Part shown: positions 28,574 through 37,942 of the stretch, one piece after another
How the letters are laid out: each line of letters starts with the position of its first letter
Numbering within the stretch: the stretch's first letter is position 1
NCBI GenBank assembly: GCA_017538125.1
Contig: JAFYJM010000002.1
Coordinates: 14,032-78,031 of the forward strand
Direction: 5' to 3'
DNA length: 64,000 nucleotides
Source of the DNA: Bacillota bacterium
GTDB taxonomy: Bacteria; Bacillota; Clostridia; Peptostreptococcales; Anaerovoracaceae
Program-made: the position numbers and the translations under genes
Notes under the pieces: model-generated
Told to the model about the DNA's origin: nothing
Database searches by the model: none
What the model saw: only the letters and a program-made list of their open reading frames with translations

Positions 28574-31048
28574 TTATTTCACTACGAGATTTACCAGCTT
28601 GCCTGGGATGGCGATGACCTTGACTATGGTCTTGCCCTCCGTGAGCTCTCTGACCTTCTCGCTTTCGAGAGCTATCCTCTCAAGTTCAGCCCTGTCGATA
28701 TCCTTGCTTACGACCATTTTGTCCTTGAGACGGCCATTGATCTGGATGATGACTTCCACCTCGTCTAAGATGAGAGCCTTTTCATCGCATTCAGGCCAGG
28801 ACTGGTCTGAGCAGAGTCCCTCGCCTCCGATGTGGAGCCACATCTCTTCTGCGATATGCGGCACGAAGGGACAAAGGATTATTATCAGTTCTTTCATGGC
28901 TTTCTTGAGAAGAGCCTCGTTAACGTTATTTCCGTCTTTGTACTTGTACATCTCGTTGACAAGCTCCATGGCTGACGAGATGGCGGTGTTGAACATGAAT
29001 CTTCCGCCTACGTCTTCCCTCACCTTCTTGATGGAGAAGTTGAGCCTGTAATTGAGCGCCTTGTCTTCGGATGTCTTCGGAGTGATGTCTCCGTCGCTGA
29101 GTCCTCTCGCTGAAAGTTCATAGACCAGTCTGTATACACGGGTAAGGAATCTGAAAGATCCTTCCACTCCTGCGTCTGACCAGTCAAGTTCTCTCTCAGG
29201 AGGAGCCGCGAAAAGAATGAACAGTCTGGCCGTGTCAGCACCGTACTTATCGATGATCTCTGCGGGAGATACCACGTTGCCGAGCGACTTGGACATCTTC
29301 TTTCCGTCTTTGTTTACCATGCCCTGAGTCAGCAGATTTTTGAATGGTTCTTCATAGTCTGTGAGGCCCAGGTCGTGGAGAGCCATCTGGAAGAATCTCG
29401 CATACATCAGGTGAAGGATCGCATGCTCGACTCCGCCGATGTACTGATCGACGTCCATCCAGTAATCAGCCTTATCTTTATCAAAAGGCATCTCAATGTT
29501 CTTGCTGTCGCAGTATCTTAAGAAGTACCAGGATGAATCAAGGAAAGTATCCATGGTATCAACTTCTCTCTGAGCCTTGCTGCCGCATACAGGACAAGTG
29601 CAGTCTCTGAAAGTTTTGGAAGTGGCTATCGGTGATTCGCCCTTACCGGTAAACTCGACGTCTGTCGGAAGCTTGACGGGCAGGTTCTCTTCTTTTTCGG
29701 GCACCCAGCCGCACTTATCGCACCAGATCATCGGTATCGGCGTGCCCCAGTATCTCTGTCTGGAGATGAGCCAGTCTCTCAGCTTATAGTTTACCTTGCG
29801 CTTGCCGAGGCCTTCCTTCTCCGCCTTTTCGATCATGTAAGGGATGGCGTCATCTGACTTCATGCCCGTGATCTCGCCTGAATTGATCATGATGCCGGAG
29901 GCCTCGCAGGCTTCCTTGAGGTCGTTCACGTCCACTTCTGGATCCTGAGGATCCACTACAGGAGTTATCTCCAGACCGAACTTGGTAGCGAACTCGAAGT
30001 CTCTCTGGTCGTGCGCAGGTACGCCCATAACTGCTCCTGTACCATAGCCCATGAGTACGTAATCGGAGATGAAGATGGGCATCTCTTTATGTGTGAAAGG
30101 ATTGATCGCATACTTGCCGATGAAGACGCCGGTCTTCTCGTTCGTGGTGGAAGTACGCTCTATCTCATTCATGTGGTTGACCTTGTCGATATAAGCGAGC
30201 ACGTCCTTCTCGTATTCAGTGCCCTTCACGTTCTCGAGTACGGTGGGATATTCCGGAGCGAGTACCATGAATGTCGTGCCGTAGATGGTGTCCACCCTTG
30301 TGGTGAATACCGTGAGAACTTCATCGGAATCCTTTATCTTAAAGTCCACTTCACAGCCGTAGGAGCGTCCGATCCAGTTCTTCTGCATCAGTCTGACCTT
30401 CTGCGGCCAGCCATCAAGCTTGCCGTTGTCGAGGTTCTCCAGGAGCCTGTCGGCATAGTCGGTGATCTTGAAATACCACTGGCTGAGATTCTTCTTTGTG
30501 ACCGGAGTTTTGCATCTCTCACAAACGCCGTCCACGACCTGCTCGTTGGCAAGCACGGTCTGGCACGAAGGACACCAGTTCACCGGGTTCTCCTTCTTGT
30601 ACGCGAGTCCTCTCTTATAGAACTGGATGAAGATCCACTGCATCCAGCGATAATAATCTTCAGAACATGTGCAGCATTCTCTGTCCCAGTCATATGAAAG
30701 TCCCAGCTCTCTGAGCTGTCTCTCCATCTCGTGGATGTTGTCCCAGGTCCAGGTGGATGGATGGATGCCATGCTGGATAGCAGCGTTCTCCGCGGGAAGT
30801 CCGAATGAGTCGAAGCCCATGGGATGGAGCACGTTAAAGCCGTCCATTTTTTTGAATCTGGCTACTACGTCGCCGATGGAATAATTTCTCACGTGGCCCA
30901 TGTGAAGCTTACCTGAAGGATAAGGGAACATCTCAAGGCAGTAGAATTTCTCCTTGGTTGGATCTTCCGTCACCTTGAAAGTCTTGTTGTCTTCCCAGAC
31001 CTTCTGCCATTTTTTCTCGATTTCCTTAAAGTTATATCTCTCTTCCAT
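28574..31048 (-). CDS. leuS: Leucine--tRNA ligase
   Basis: 824 aa. HMGH ([13 protein letters not shown]) and KMSKS motifs, CP1 editing domain. Confidence 0.96.
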   Translation of the reverse strand: MEERYNFKEIEKKWQKVWEDNKTFKVTEDPTKEKFYCLEMFPYPSGKLHMGHVRNYSIGDVVARFKKMDGFNVLHPMGFDSFGLPAENAAIQHGIHPSTWTWDNIHEMERQLRELGLSYDWDRECCTCSEDYYRWMQWIFIQFYKRGLAYKKENPVNWCPSCQTVLANEQVVDGVCERCKTPVTKKNLSQWYFKITDYADRLLENLDNGKLDGWPQKVRLMQKNWIGRSYGCEVDFKIKDSDEVLTVFTTRVDTIYGTTFMVLAPEYPTVLENVKGTEYEKDVLAYIDKVNHMNEIERTSTTNEKTGVFIGKYAINPFTHKEMPIFISDYVLMGYGTGAVMGVPAHDQRDFEFATKFGLEITPVVDPQDPEVDVNDLKEACEASGIMINSGEITGMKSDDAIPYMIEKAEKEGLGKRKVNYKLRDWLISRQRYWGTPIPMIWCDKCGWVPEKEENLPVKLPTDVEFTGKGESPIATSKTFRDCTCPVCGSKAQREVDTMDTFLDSSWYFLRYCDSKNIEMPFDKDKADYWMDVDQYIGGVEHAILHLMYARFFQMALHDLGLTDYEEPFKNLLTQGMVNKDGKKMSKSLGNVVSPAEIIDKYGADTARLFILFAAPPERELDWSDAGVEGSFRFLTRVYRLVYELSARGLSDGDITPKTSEDKALNYRLNFSIKKVREDVGGRFMFNTAISSAMELVNEMYKYKDGNNVNEALLKKAMKELIIILCPFVPHIAEEMWLHIGGEGLCSDQSWPECDEKALILDEVEVIIQINGRLKDKMVVSKDIDRAELERIALESEKVRELTEGKTIVKVIAIPGKLVNLVVK

Positions 31049-31054
31049 AACTGA

Positions 31055-31399
31055 TCAGTCTCCTATGTTTTCTGAAGGACAGTCTGCCCAAATCTTTTCT
31101 ATGTTATACCTCTCTCTCATGTCGGGAGTGAATAGGTTCACGATGATGTCGCCGAAATCCATAAGGATCCAGCCGGAGGTATCTTTGCCTTCGATGGACT
31201 TGACGAGAAGGTCTTCCTTCGCCATAGCGTCCTCGACATCGTCCACGAGGCTGTTGATATGCCTCTCGGTGTTACCGGTCGCGATAATGAAATAGTCTGC
31301 GAAACCGGATTTCTCAGCGATATCTATCATAACGATATCAGAGGCTTTCTTGTTTGATAAAGTCTGTGCTGCTAAGTATGCGTATTCCTTGTTGGTCAT
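31055..31399 (-). CDS. rsfS: Ribosome silencing factor RsfS
   Basis: 114 aa. DIVMIDIAEKSGFADYFIIATGNTERH pattern, in nadD-yqeK-rsfS synteny. Confidence 0.88.
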   Translation of the reverse strand: MTNKEYAYLAAQTLSNKKASDIVMIDIAEKSGFADYFIIATGNTERHINSLVDDVEDAMAKEDLLVKSIEGKDTSGWILMDFGDIIVNLFTPDMRERYNIEKIWADCPSENIGD

Positions 31400-31977
31400 T
31401 TGTTCTCCTTTGATTCCTGCAGCAAATGATCAGCTGCTTCTTTTGTATCTTCATCAAGGTGCGTGCCCTGACTCGTAACGTATTCGATAGTGCCTTGCAT
31501 TGCCATAAGGCAGGCACCGTCGAGGCTCGTTTCAGCCTCTTGTCTTATCCGGTCCACGCCGGGATATGCCCTGTTCGGTTCAATGCCGTCAGCCAGATAG
31601 ATTACCTTCTCCAGAAGGCTCATGTCCTTCCTCCCGGTCGTATGGTAGGAGACGGCGTTAAGGATATCTTCGTCCGTTACGCCGTAGTCCTCCCTAAGCC
31701 TGACGGCAGCTATCTTGCTGTGAGCCAGGTTGGGATCGTTCAGATATTTATCCGGAAGGCCCAGCCTTTTGATCTCCTCATTCAGCGCTTCACCTCTAAG
31801 ACCCCTGAACATATCATGCCCGAGGGCGGCTATCTCAGCCTTGAGAGGATCGGCGCCGTACTTTTCACAGAGCTTAAGCGCGGTATCCCGTACGCCCAGA
31901 GTATGCGCCCTTCTCTTCTCATATAGTTCGTTCAGCACGAACTCTTCGAGGGCGTCTCTTATTTTTTCGTATTCCAT
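31396..31977 (-). CDS. yqeK: HD-domain phosphohydrolase YqeK (Ap4A hydrolase family)
   Basis: 193 aa. HTLGV ... LGHDMFR HD motif. Located between nadD and rsfS as in B. subtilis. Confidence 0.8.
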   Translation of the reverse strand: MEYEKIRDALEEFVLNELYEKRRAHTLGVRDTALKLCEKYGADPLKAEIAALGHDMFRGLRGEALNEEIKRLGLPDKYLNDPNLAHSKIAAVRLREDYGVTDEDILNAVSYHTTGRKDMSLLEKVIYLADGIEPNRAYPGVDRIRQEAETSLDGACLMAMQGTIEYVTSQGTHLDEDTKEAADHLLQESKENK

Positions 31978-32597
31978 CTGAGGTTCCTCAAAACGTCGTC
32001 ATAGAGCCTATTATCGTTGATATACTTTTCAACTGTCCTCGGCACCAGATGGCTGATAGGCTCGCTGGCTATGAAAGCTTCCCTAATCTCCGTGGAGCTG
32101 ATATCCGGCATCTTCGATCTGAGTCTGATGATCTTCGTGCCGTAGTCCTCTTTATAAAAGCGTATCTTCGACTCCAATTCCCTCTCAGGATACCCGGGTC
32201 TTGAACTCACTATAAAGCCGAACTCGCTCAGGAGCTCCTCGCCCTTATACCATTTCTCCACGTTGATGAAGGAGTCCGCTCCCATGATGAAAAACAGTTC
32301 ATCATCAGGGTAGACCTCTCTAAGGTGGCTCATGGTCTCATAGGAATACGAAACGTCGCCCTTCTTTATCTCGTAATCACTGATCTCAACATGCTCGCAG
32401 CCCTCGAAAGCGAGAGCAACCATGGCAAGTCTGTGCATATCCTGAGCGACTCTTTTGTTTTGTTTGAAAGGCTGGATGTGAGTAGGCATCACGATCAGCT
32501 TATCCAGCGCCACCTCTCTCACGGCGGCACAGCCAAGGGCTCTGTGGCCCTTGTGGATGGGATCGAAACTTCCTCCCAGCACTCCTATAACGCTCAT
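31959..32597 (-). CDS. nadD: Nicotinate-nucleotide adenylyltransferase
   Basis: 212 aa. GVLGGSFDPIHKGH (HxGH nucleotidyltransferase motif) and ISSTEIR. Confidence 0.9.
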   Translation of the reverse strand: MSVIGVLGGSFDPIHKGHRALGCAAVREVALDKLIVMPTHIQPFKQNKRVAQDMHRLAMVALAFEGCEHVEISDYEIKKGDVSYSYETMSHLREVYPDDELFFIMGADSFINVEKWYKGEELLSEFGFIVSSRPGYPERELESKIRFYKEDYGTKIIRLRSKMPDISSTEIREAFIASEPISHLVPRTVEKYINDNRLYDDVLRNLRWNTKK

Positions 32598-34360
32598 TAT
32601 TTTACTCCGATACCTAATTCATCAAGCTGTCCCTCTTCTACCGGCGAAGGTGCGCCGCAGACCAGACACTGTGCGTTCTGGTTCTTCGGGAAAGCTATGA
32701 CTTCTCTGATTGAAGGCTCTCCGAGAAGGAGCATTACGAATCTGTCAAGTCCGTAGGCCAGTCCCGCATGAGGAGGCGCACCGTACTTGAAGGCTTCGAT
32801 CAGGAAGCCGAACTTCTCGTCACATTCTTCGGGTGTAAGGCCGAGAACTTCGAACATCCTCGCCTGAAGGTTCTTATCGTGTATTCTGACAGAGCCTCCG
32901 CCCAGCTCAACGCCGTTCAATACGATGTCGTAGGCGTCAGCCTTGAGTTTGAGAGGATCAGTGTCCAGCAGGTCAAGCTGATCGAGCTTCGGACAGGTGA
33001 AAGGATGATGCATCGCCTTCATCGTGCCATCTTCTTCGCTCAGTTCGAACATCGGGAAATCTACTACCCAGAGGAGCTTGTATTCCTTATCGTTAAGGAG
33101 CCCCATTCTCTTAGCGCATTCTCTTCTCAGGAAGCCCAAAGAATCATAGGTCACCTTGGCTTTATCCGAAACGATGAAGATCAGGTCGCCGGTCTTGGCA
33201 TCGAAGACCTTCGCTACTTCGGCCAGTTCTTCCTGAGTAAAGAATTTATTAACAGACGAACCTATCTCGCCCTCATTCATTCTGATCCAGACGAGGCCTT
33301 TCGCACCGTAATGCTTGGTCATATCTGTCAGCTTGTCGATGTCTTTTCTGGAGAAGAATGAAGATCCGCCGTCAACGCATATGCCTCTTATGTCTCCGCC
33401 ATTAGCAAGGCAATCAGTAAAGACCTTGAAGCCGCAGTTCTCGAACTTGTCGTTGAGTTTCTTAAGTTCGAAGCCGAATCTGAGGTCAGGCTTATCGGAG
33501 CCGAACCTCTCCATCGCCTCGTCCCAGGTCATCCTCTGAAGCGGTGTTTCGATATCAACGTCGAGACACTCCTTGAAGACTCTCTTGAGATAACCTTCCT
33601 GGATCTCAAGGACCATGTCCTGGTCGACGAATGACATCTCAAGGTCCACCTGAGTGAATTCGGGCTGTCTGTCAGCCCTCAGGTCTTCGTCCCTGAAGCA
33701 CTTTGCTATCTGGAGATATCTGTCAGTGCCTCCGACCATCAGCAGCTGCTTGAAAAGCTGCGGGCTCTGAGGAAGAGCATAGAACTCGCCAGGATAAGTC
33801 CTCGAAGGAACGATATAGTCCCTGGCGCCTTCAGGTGTGGACTTGATGAGGATCGGAGTCTCGACTTCCGTGAATCCGTTTTCATCGAAATAATCTCTGG
33901 TCACCTTCACCAGCTTATGCCTGAAACTCAGGTTTCTCTGCATATGCTGCTTCCTTAAGTCAAGATATCTGTATTTGAGTCTGAGGTTGTCGTCCACGTT
34001 ATCGTCGTCCTTGACGTAGATCGGAGGCGTGTCTGACTCCGAATAAACGATCATATCAGTCGCGAAGACTTCCACGTCGCCTGTAGCCAGCTGGTCGTTC
34101 TTGGCGGCCCTTTCTTTTACTACGCCCTTTACACCTATAACGTATTCTGAACGGAGACTGTCGGCCAGTTTGAAAAGTTCTTCGGGTACCTTGTCATCGA
34201 AAGTCACCTGCACGATACCGGTCTTGTCTCTCAAGTCGACGAAGATCAGTCCGCCCAGGTTCCTTCTCTTGGCTACCCAGCCGTTCAGTACGACTTCTTC
34301 ATTCACATTATTAAGATTCAGCTGTCCGCACATATGTGTGCGTCTGTAGATTGTGCTCAT
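32597..34360 (-). CDS. aspS: Aspartate--tRNA ligase
   Basis: 587 aa. OB anticodon-binding N-terminus and class II motifs (FRDEDLRADRQPEFTQVD, GGGSVRIH, GLAYGLDR). Confidence 0.95.
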   Translation of the reverse strand: MSTIYRRTHMCGQLNLNNVNEEVVLNGWVAKRRNLGGLIFVDLRDKTGIVQVTFDDKVPEELFKLADSLRSEYVIGVKGVVKERAAKNDQLATGDVEVFATDMIVYSESDTPPIYVKDDDNVDDNLRLKYRYLDLRKQHMQRNLSFRHKLVKVTRDYFDENGFTEVETPILIKSTPEGARDYIVPSRTYPGEFYALPQSPQLFKQLLMVGGTDRYLQIAKCFRDEDLRADRQPEFTQVDLEMSFVDQDMVLEIQEGYLKRVFKECLDVDIETPLQRMTWDEAMERFGSDKPDLRFGFELKKLNDKFENCGFKVFTDCLANGGDIRGICVDGGSSFFSRKDIDKLTDMTKHYGAKGLVWIRMNEGEIGSSVNKFFTQEELAEVAKVFDAKTGDLIFIVSDKAKVTYDSLGFLRRECAKRMGLLNDKEYKLLWVVDFPMFELSEEDGTMKAMHHPFTCPKLDQLDLLDTDPLKLKADAYDIVLNGVELGGGSVRIHDKNLQARMFEVLGLTPEECDEKFGFLIEAFKYGAPPHAGLAYGLDRFVMLLLGEPSIREVIAFPKNQNAQCLVCGAPSPVEEGQLDELGIGVK

Positions 34361-34366
34361 AACTTT

Positions 34367-35629
34367 TTATTTCTCCTTGATAACTCCGGCCAGGTCTTCG
34401 AATCTGACTTCCACCTGTTCTCCGGTCTCCATGTTTTTGAGGTTGGCTGCGCCGTTCTGAAGTTCATTGTCGCCTATAACGATGGTATAGGTCGCGCCTA
34501 TCCTGTCGGCATACTTGAACTGTCCCTTGAAGTTCCTCTGAAGGTCATCCATCTGGACCTTGATGCCCTCTTTGCGTAGTTCTCTCATGAGTTTCTGACC
34601 GTAGAGTTTGGCATCTTTACCCATCGTAGCGATGAAAGCGTCGCAGATCTTAGGCTCGGGGATGACCACTCCGTTTGCTTCCATGAGCATGATGAGTCTC
34701 TCCTTACCGAGACCGAAACCTACGCCGGGGATCGGCAGTCCGCCGACTTCCTCAGCCAGGTTATCGTAACGGCCGCCTCCACAAACAGTTCCCTGAGCTC
34801 CGATGGAATTCGTCACAAACTCGAAGGCCGTCTTGGTATAGTAATCCAGGCCTCTTACGATCTTCGGATTGACTACGTAAGGAATGCCCATCGCCTCAAG
34901 GTTCTCCTTAAGTTCATCGAAAGCCGTCTGGCACTCTTCGCAGAGATAGTCCAGCATCATCGGCGCTCCTTCAACGAGAGCCTGGTCTATGGGTGACTTG
35001 CAGTCCAGGATCCTCATCGGATTCTTCTCGTATCTGGACTTACATGTATCGCAAAGTTGATCATACTTCGGCGCGAGGAATTCTTTGAGCGCAGTCCTGT
35101 GGTTGGCGCGGCAGACCGGGCAGCCAACGGAGTTGATCTCCAGTGTAAGGTCAGTAACGCCCATCTCAGTAAGGAAGTCATACCCAATGGCGATGATCTC
35201 AGCATCCGCCACCATGTTGGGAGTACCGAAAGTCTCCACTCCGAACTGGTGGAACTGTCTCAGACGTCCGCTCTGCGGTTTCTCATATCTGAAGCATGGA
35301 ATATCATAATATATCTTAGTCGGCTGTACCTCGGCATAGGTCTTGTGCTCTATGAAAGCCCTGACTGCCGGTGAAGTTCCCTCGGGCTTAAGTGTGATGG
35401 ATCTTCCGCCGTGATCGTTGAAAGTATACATCTCCTTCTGAACAACGTCAGTGGTATCACCTATTCCTCTCTGGAATAATTCCGTATGTTCAAACATAGG
35501 AGTCCTAATCTCTTTGAATCCGTATCTGTCACAGATCTCTTTCCACTTCTTCTCTACGTAATGCCATTTGTACACCTGATCGGGCATGATATCTTTTGTT
35601 CCTTTGGGTGCATTCGTAAGCATTGTCAT
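34367..35629 (-). CDS. hisS: Histidine--tRNA ligase
   Basis: 420 aa. GTKDIMP, CFRYEKPQSGRLRQFHQ, GGGRYD motifs. Confidence 0.95.
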   Translation of the reverse strand: MTMLTNAPKGTKDIMPDQVYKWHYVEKKWKEICDRYGFKEIRTPMFEHTELFQRGIGDTTDVVQKEMYTFNDHGGRSITLKPEGTSPAVRAFIEHKTYAEVQPTKIYYDIPCFRYEKPQSGRLRQFHQFGVETFGTPNMVADAEIIAIGYDFLTEMGVTDLTLEINSVGCPVCRANHRTALKEFLAPKYDQLCDTCKSRYEKNPMRILDCKSPIDQALVEGAPMMLDYLCEECQTAFDELKENLEAMGIPYVVNPKIVRGLDYYTKTAFEFVTNSIGAQGTVCGGGRYDNLAEEVGGLPIPGVGFGLGKERLIMLMEANGVVIPEPKICDAFIATMGKDAKLYGQKLMRELRKEGIKVQMDDLQRNFKGQFKYADRIGATYTIVIGDNELQNGAANLKNMETGEQVEVRFEDLAGVIKEK

Positions 35630-35635
35630 TGTTGT

Positions 35636-36859
35636 TTACCTCCTTCTTAAAGATTCAGTTTGTTTATATATTTCAGGGATCATGCTGAAAAGTCCCTGTT
35701 CCTTTCGTTCAAGCATTTCCTGAAGCCTGTCGATATAGACTTCATAATTGTTAACGTTCGGTACGCGCTCAAGTCGGTTCTCCTCAGGAAAAAACACCTT
35801 GCTCATACCGCCCGCTCCGAGAGCTATGATGCTCTGCTGCTCATCCATTATTCGGATGTTATATATGCCGGCAGTACCTTCCCTGCACCAGCCGGTATTC
35901 TCCAGAGCTCCGGCCATGCGTTTCAGCCTGTAGAGATAATACGGTCTGAATGCCGCATCTCTGAGCATTTCATGAGACAACGCAATCATCTCCGCTACGA
36001 CGTCCGAATGTGTCTCATGATACTCCGGATCCTGCTCTATGAGCCTGGATGCGCGCTTTAGCGCCAGAGTGTGCACAGTTATGTTCGAAGGTCTGAGACC
36101 GATGATGGTCTCCAGAGTCTTCTCGAAATCACCCACGCTTTCTTCAGGAAGTCCTGCTATAAGGTCGCAGTTCACTACCGGAATACCGGACTTATGAGCT
36201 ATTTCAAAGGCTTTGTATATATCCTTTGGGCTATGGCTCCTTCCGATGAGTTCCAGAGTCCTTTCCTTCATACTCTGAGGGTTGATGGATATCCTGTCGA
36301 CACCGTGATCTCGGGCTGTCTGAAGTTTCTCGGCCGTGATAGTGTCCGGTCTGCCTGCTTCCAGCGTGAATTCTCTTAGTTTACATAAATCCATATTATG
36401 TAGAACTGCATCGAGAAGCCTGTTCAGCTGCCTGACGTCCAGCGTGGTGGGCGTACCGCCGCCTATATAAATGGTCTCAATGCCCATGCCGGACTCTCTG
36501 AGCCGCCTTCCGACATATTCTATCTCGCTTATAAGCGCCTCCAGATACCTCTCGATCTCGGAATATGGTCTCTGATTCGATGTGAAGCTGCAGTAAAGAC
36601 ATCTCGTCGGGCAGAACGGTATGCCTATGTACAGACCTGCCTTCAGATAGTCATCTCCCTGAAGGACCTTTTGCTGATATTCATATATCTCTACGAGGAG
36701 CGCCGCTTTCACAGGGCTCACTCCTCTCTCCTCAGTAAGTATCCTCAGGACTTCATCCTTCTCATGAGGCTTCTTGCCGTTATATGGATTCCCTTTGAAT
36801 AATTCTCTTGTAAGTTTGACGGGTTTGACGCCCGTTAGATCTCCCCAGAGGTTCTTCAT
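35636..36859 (-). CDS. Radical SAM protein, HemN/HemZ-like (oxygen-independent coproporphyrinogen oxidase family)
   Basis: 407 aa. IPFCPTRCLYCSF radical SAM CxxxCxxC motif, GGGTPT, HemN-type C-terminus. Located upstream of hisS as in many Clostridia. Confidence 0.75.
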   Translation of the reverse strand: MKNLWGDLTGVKPVKLTRELFKGNPYNGKKPHEKDEVLRILTEERGVSPVKAALLVEIYEYQQKVLQGDDYLKAGLYIGIPFCPTRCLYCSFTSNQRPYSEIERYLEALISEIEYVGRRLRESGMGIETIYIGGGTPTTLDVRQLNRLLDAVLHNMDLCKLREFTLEAGRPDTITAEKLQTARDHGVDRISINPQSMKERTLELIGRSHSPKDIYKAFEIAHKSGIPVVNCDLIAGLPEESVGDFEKTLETIIGLRPSNITVHTLALKRASRLIEQDPEYHETHSDVVAEMIALSHEMLRDAAFRPYYLYRLKRMAGALENTGWCREGTAGIYNIRIMDEQQSIIALGAGGMSKVFFPEENRLERVPNVNNYEVYIDRLQEMLERKEQGLFSMIPEIYKQTESLRRR

Positions 36860-37476
36860 CTTACGAAGGGATTTCCTTTCTTTTCGTCGCCGATGGTGGT
36901 AAAACCCATGTGCCCGGGAAGCACCACCGTTTCATCGGGAAGCGTATAAAGCTTGTCCCTGATGGACTTCTCAAGCTGAGGCCATGAGCCACCGTAGAAG
37001 TCCGTCCTTCCTATTGAATATCTGAAAAGAGTATCGCCGCTGAAAAGATAGTTGTCCACCAGAATGCACATGCCTCCTTTAGTGTGGCCCGGGGTATGTA
37101 TGAAAAGCAGCTCCATATTCCCTATCTTCATGGTGTCGAAGTCTTCGACCCACTTATCAACGTTTACGACGATATCTCTGCCGAAAAGGCTTCTGGAATC
37201 GTTCAGTCGGTTGTCAAGGAGCATGTCCTCATATTTGTCAGCCACGATCTGAATGCCCGGGAAATCGCTTTGGAAACCTTCTACGCCTCCAATATGATCT
37301 CCGTGTCCGTGAGTGAGGATGATATACTCAAGGTCAAGCCCCATCTCTCGGATCTTTTCGGTTATCCTTTTGTCATATCCGCCCGGATCCACCATGAAGG
37401 CTGCCCGGGTCTCTTCGTCATATGCTATATATGTGTTGACCTGTATAGGTCCTGTCACATAGTGTAATATCTTCAT
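36856..37476 (-). CDS. MBL-fold metallo-hydrolase (glyoxalase II-like)
   Basis: 206 aa, THGHGDHIGG motif. Confidence 0.8.
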   Translation of the reverse strand: MKILHYVTGPIQVNTYIAYDEETRAAFMVDPGGYDKRITEKIREMGLDLEYIILTHGHGDHIGGVEGFQSDFPGIQIVADKYEDMLLDNRLNDSRSLFGRDIVVNVDKWVEDFDTMKIGNMELLFIHTPGHTKGGMCILVDNYLFSGDTLFRYSIGRTDFYGGSWPQLEKSIRDKLYTLPDETVVLPGHMGFTTIGDEKKGNPFVR

Positions 37477-37491
37477 GTCTGAATGATCTCT

Positions 37492-37941
37492 TTAAAATGT
37501 TCTTTTGCTGTCCAGAAGTATGGTCACAGGGCCGTCGTTATGGATCTCCACAAGCATCTCAGCCTGGAAAACACCTTCCTCAACTTTGATGCCTCGGGCT
37601 CTAAGGCCCTCGTTGAAGAGTTTATAGAGTTTGTTGGCTCTTTCAGGCCTTTCCGCCATTATCCAGCTCGGGCGCTTGCCGTGTCTCACGTCTCCAAGGA
37701 GAGTGAACTGCGAGATGCTGAGGATCTCGCCGCCGCTGTCGATTATCGAGCGGTTCATGACTCCGTTCTCATCATCGAAGACCCTCAGGCCTGATACCTT
37801 TTCGACCATATAATCTATGTCTTTGAACTCGTCGCCGGTCTCGACTCCGAGAAGGACGCAGAAGCCCTGCCCTATGGAGCCTGTAACTACCCCGTCGACT
37901 GTGACCTTCGCATCTGTGACTCTCTGTACGACTGCTCTCAT
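37492..37941 (-). CDS. dtd: D-aminoacyl-tRNA deacylase
   Basis: 149 aa. MRAVVQRV... SQFTLLGD ... GKRPSW pattern. Follows relA as in B. subtilis. Confidence 0.92.
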   Translation of the reverse strand: MRAVVQRVTDAKVTVDGVVTGSIGQGFCVLLGVETGDEFKDIDYMVEKVSGLRVFDDENGVMNRSIIDSGGEILSISQFTLLGDVRHGKRPSWIMAERPERANKLYKLFNEGLRARGIKVEEGVFQAEMLVEIHNDGPVTILLDSKRTF

Positions 37942-37942
37942 G